A stretch of DNA of 32,000 bases from contig NZ_CP042911.1 of NCBI RefSeq assembly GCF_008065095.1, positions 8,280,001 through 8,312,000 of the forward strand, in the 5' to 3' direction. Both the position numbers and the translations under genes were made by a program. This DNA comes from Gemmata obscuriglobus. Its GTDB lineage: Bacteria > Planctomycetota > Planctomycetia > Gemmatales > Gemmataceae. The notes beneath the pieces were generated by a model. The model was given only the letters and a program-made list of their open reading frames with translations, was not told the DNA's origin and did no database searches. This document shows, piece after piece, positions 31,506-32,000 of this stretch (its first letter is position 1; each line of letters starts with the position of its first letter).

Positions 31506-32000
31506 TCAGTCCACGAACACGAACTCGTTCGCGTTCAGCACCGCGCGGCACAGCGCCGCGAGCCCGTGCTCCCGCGCGAGTGCGGCCGCGGCGCTCGACT
31601 CTTTCGCGCTCGGGGGGCGCTGGAACGCCAGCGCGAACACACGCTTCACTTGCGCTCCGACATCTGCTCCGGCGTCCTTCCGGACCCGGTCCGCGAAGGA
31701 ATCGGCTTGCTGAAGTACGAAGCCGCTGTTGAGCAGGTTGAGCGCTTGCAGCGGGGTGGTGGACACGTTGCGCTTCGGCGCGATCTGGCCGGCGTCCGGG
31801 CAGTCGAACACGCCGAACGTGTCGTCGAGCTGCATCCGCGGCTTGTGCTGGTAGATCATCCGGCGGAACTCGGCCGGGCCGAACCGCTTCTTCGGCGCGT
31901 ACACCTTCACGTAGTTCCCGTTCGGCTCGAACAGGTCGAACCCGGGGCCGCCCATCGTGAGGTCGATCGTCCCGCTCACGAACAGCACCGCGTCGCGCAG
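31506..32000 (-). CDS. C-terminal part of a second DUF1553-family protein (gene continues beyond the right window edge)
   Basis: ..FDCPDAGQIAPKRNVSTTPLQALNLLNSGFVLQQADSFADRV...LCRAVLNANEFVFVD* is the typical DUF1553 C-terminus. The frame is open to position 32000. Confidence 0.85.
   Translation of the reverse strand: MRDAVLFVSGTIDLTMGGPGFDLFEPNGNYVKVYAPKKRFGPAEFRRMIYQHKPRMQLDDTFGVFDCPDAGQIAPKRNVSTTPLQALNLLNSGFVLQQADSFADRVRKDAGADVGAQVKRVFALAFQRPPSAKESSAAAALAREHGLAALCRAVLNANEFVFVD

Overview
High-GC bacterial chromosome segment. The gene content points to Planctomycetota, probably Gemmataceae (inference): a DUF1501 + DUF1549/DUF1553 pair, ECF sigma factors with fused membrane/C-terminal extensions, the 'MTEAEWL...HVRGCWVVD' paralog family, and many long palindromic intergenic repeats. 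The left ~8.4 kb is a decayed, partly lower-GC accessory region around an intact tRNA-Thr(CGU). It holds a membrane-protein gene plus a ComEC-type MBL-fold hydrolase gene split by an IS3-family element, a frameshifted tyrosine-integrase remnant, and an IS4-family element. It also holds a ~280-nt direct repeat (tRNA 3' half plus ~240 nt of downstream non-coding DNA) that brackets a 3.9-kb interval. The remaining ~24 kb looks like core genome. In order it carries a secreted CXXCH protein, two convergent ECF sigma factors, a lipoprotein, the DUF1553-DUF1501 operon, yaiI, moeA and lnt. It ends with a tightly packed GT39-like/xseA/xseB/ispA/dxs cluster and the 3' end of a second DUF1553 gene. At least five unrelated palindromic/MITE-like repeat types sit in intergenic spacers, and one appears inserted in frame inside the GT39-like gene. 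I found no complete, clearly novel multi-gene system. The best candidates for follow-up are the tRNA-linked repeat module, the IS-disrupted membrane + MBL gene pair, the in-frame palindromic insertion, and the G-rich leader in front of dxs. Many long ORFs in the six-frame track are antisense or off-frame shadows typical of high-GC DNA and were rejected.
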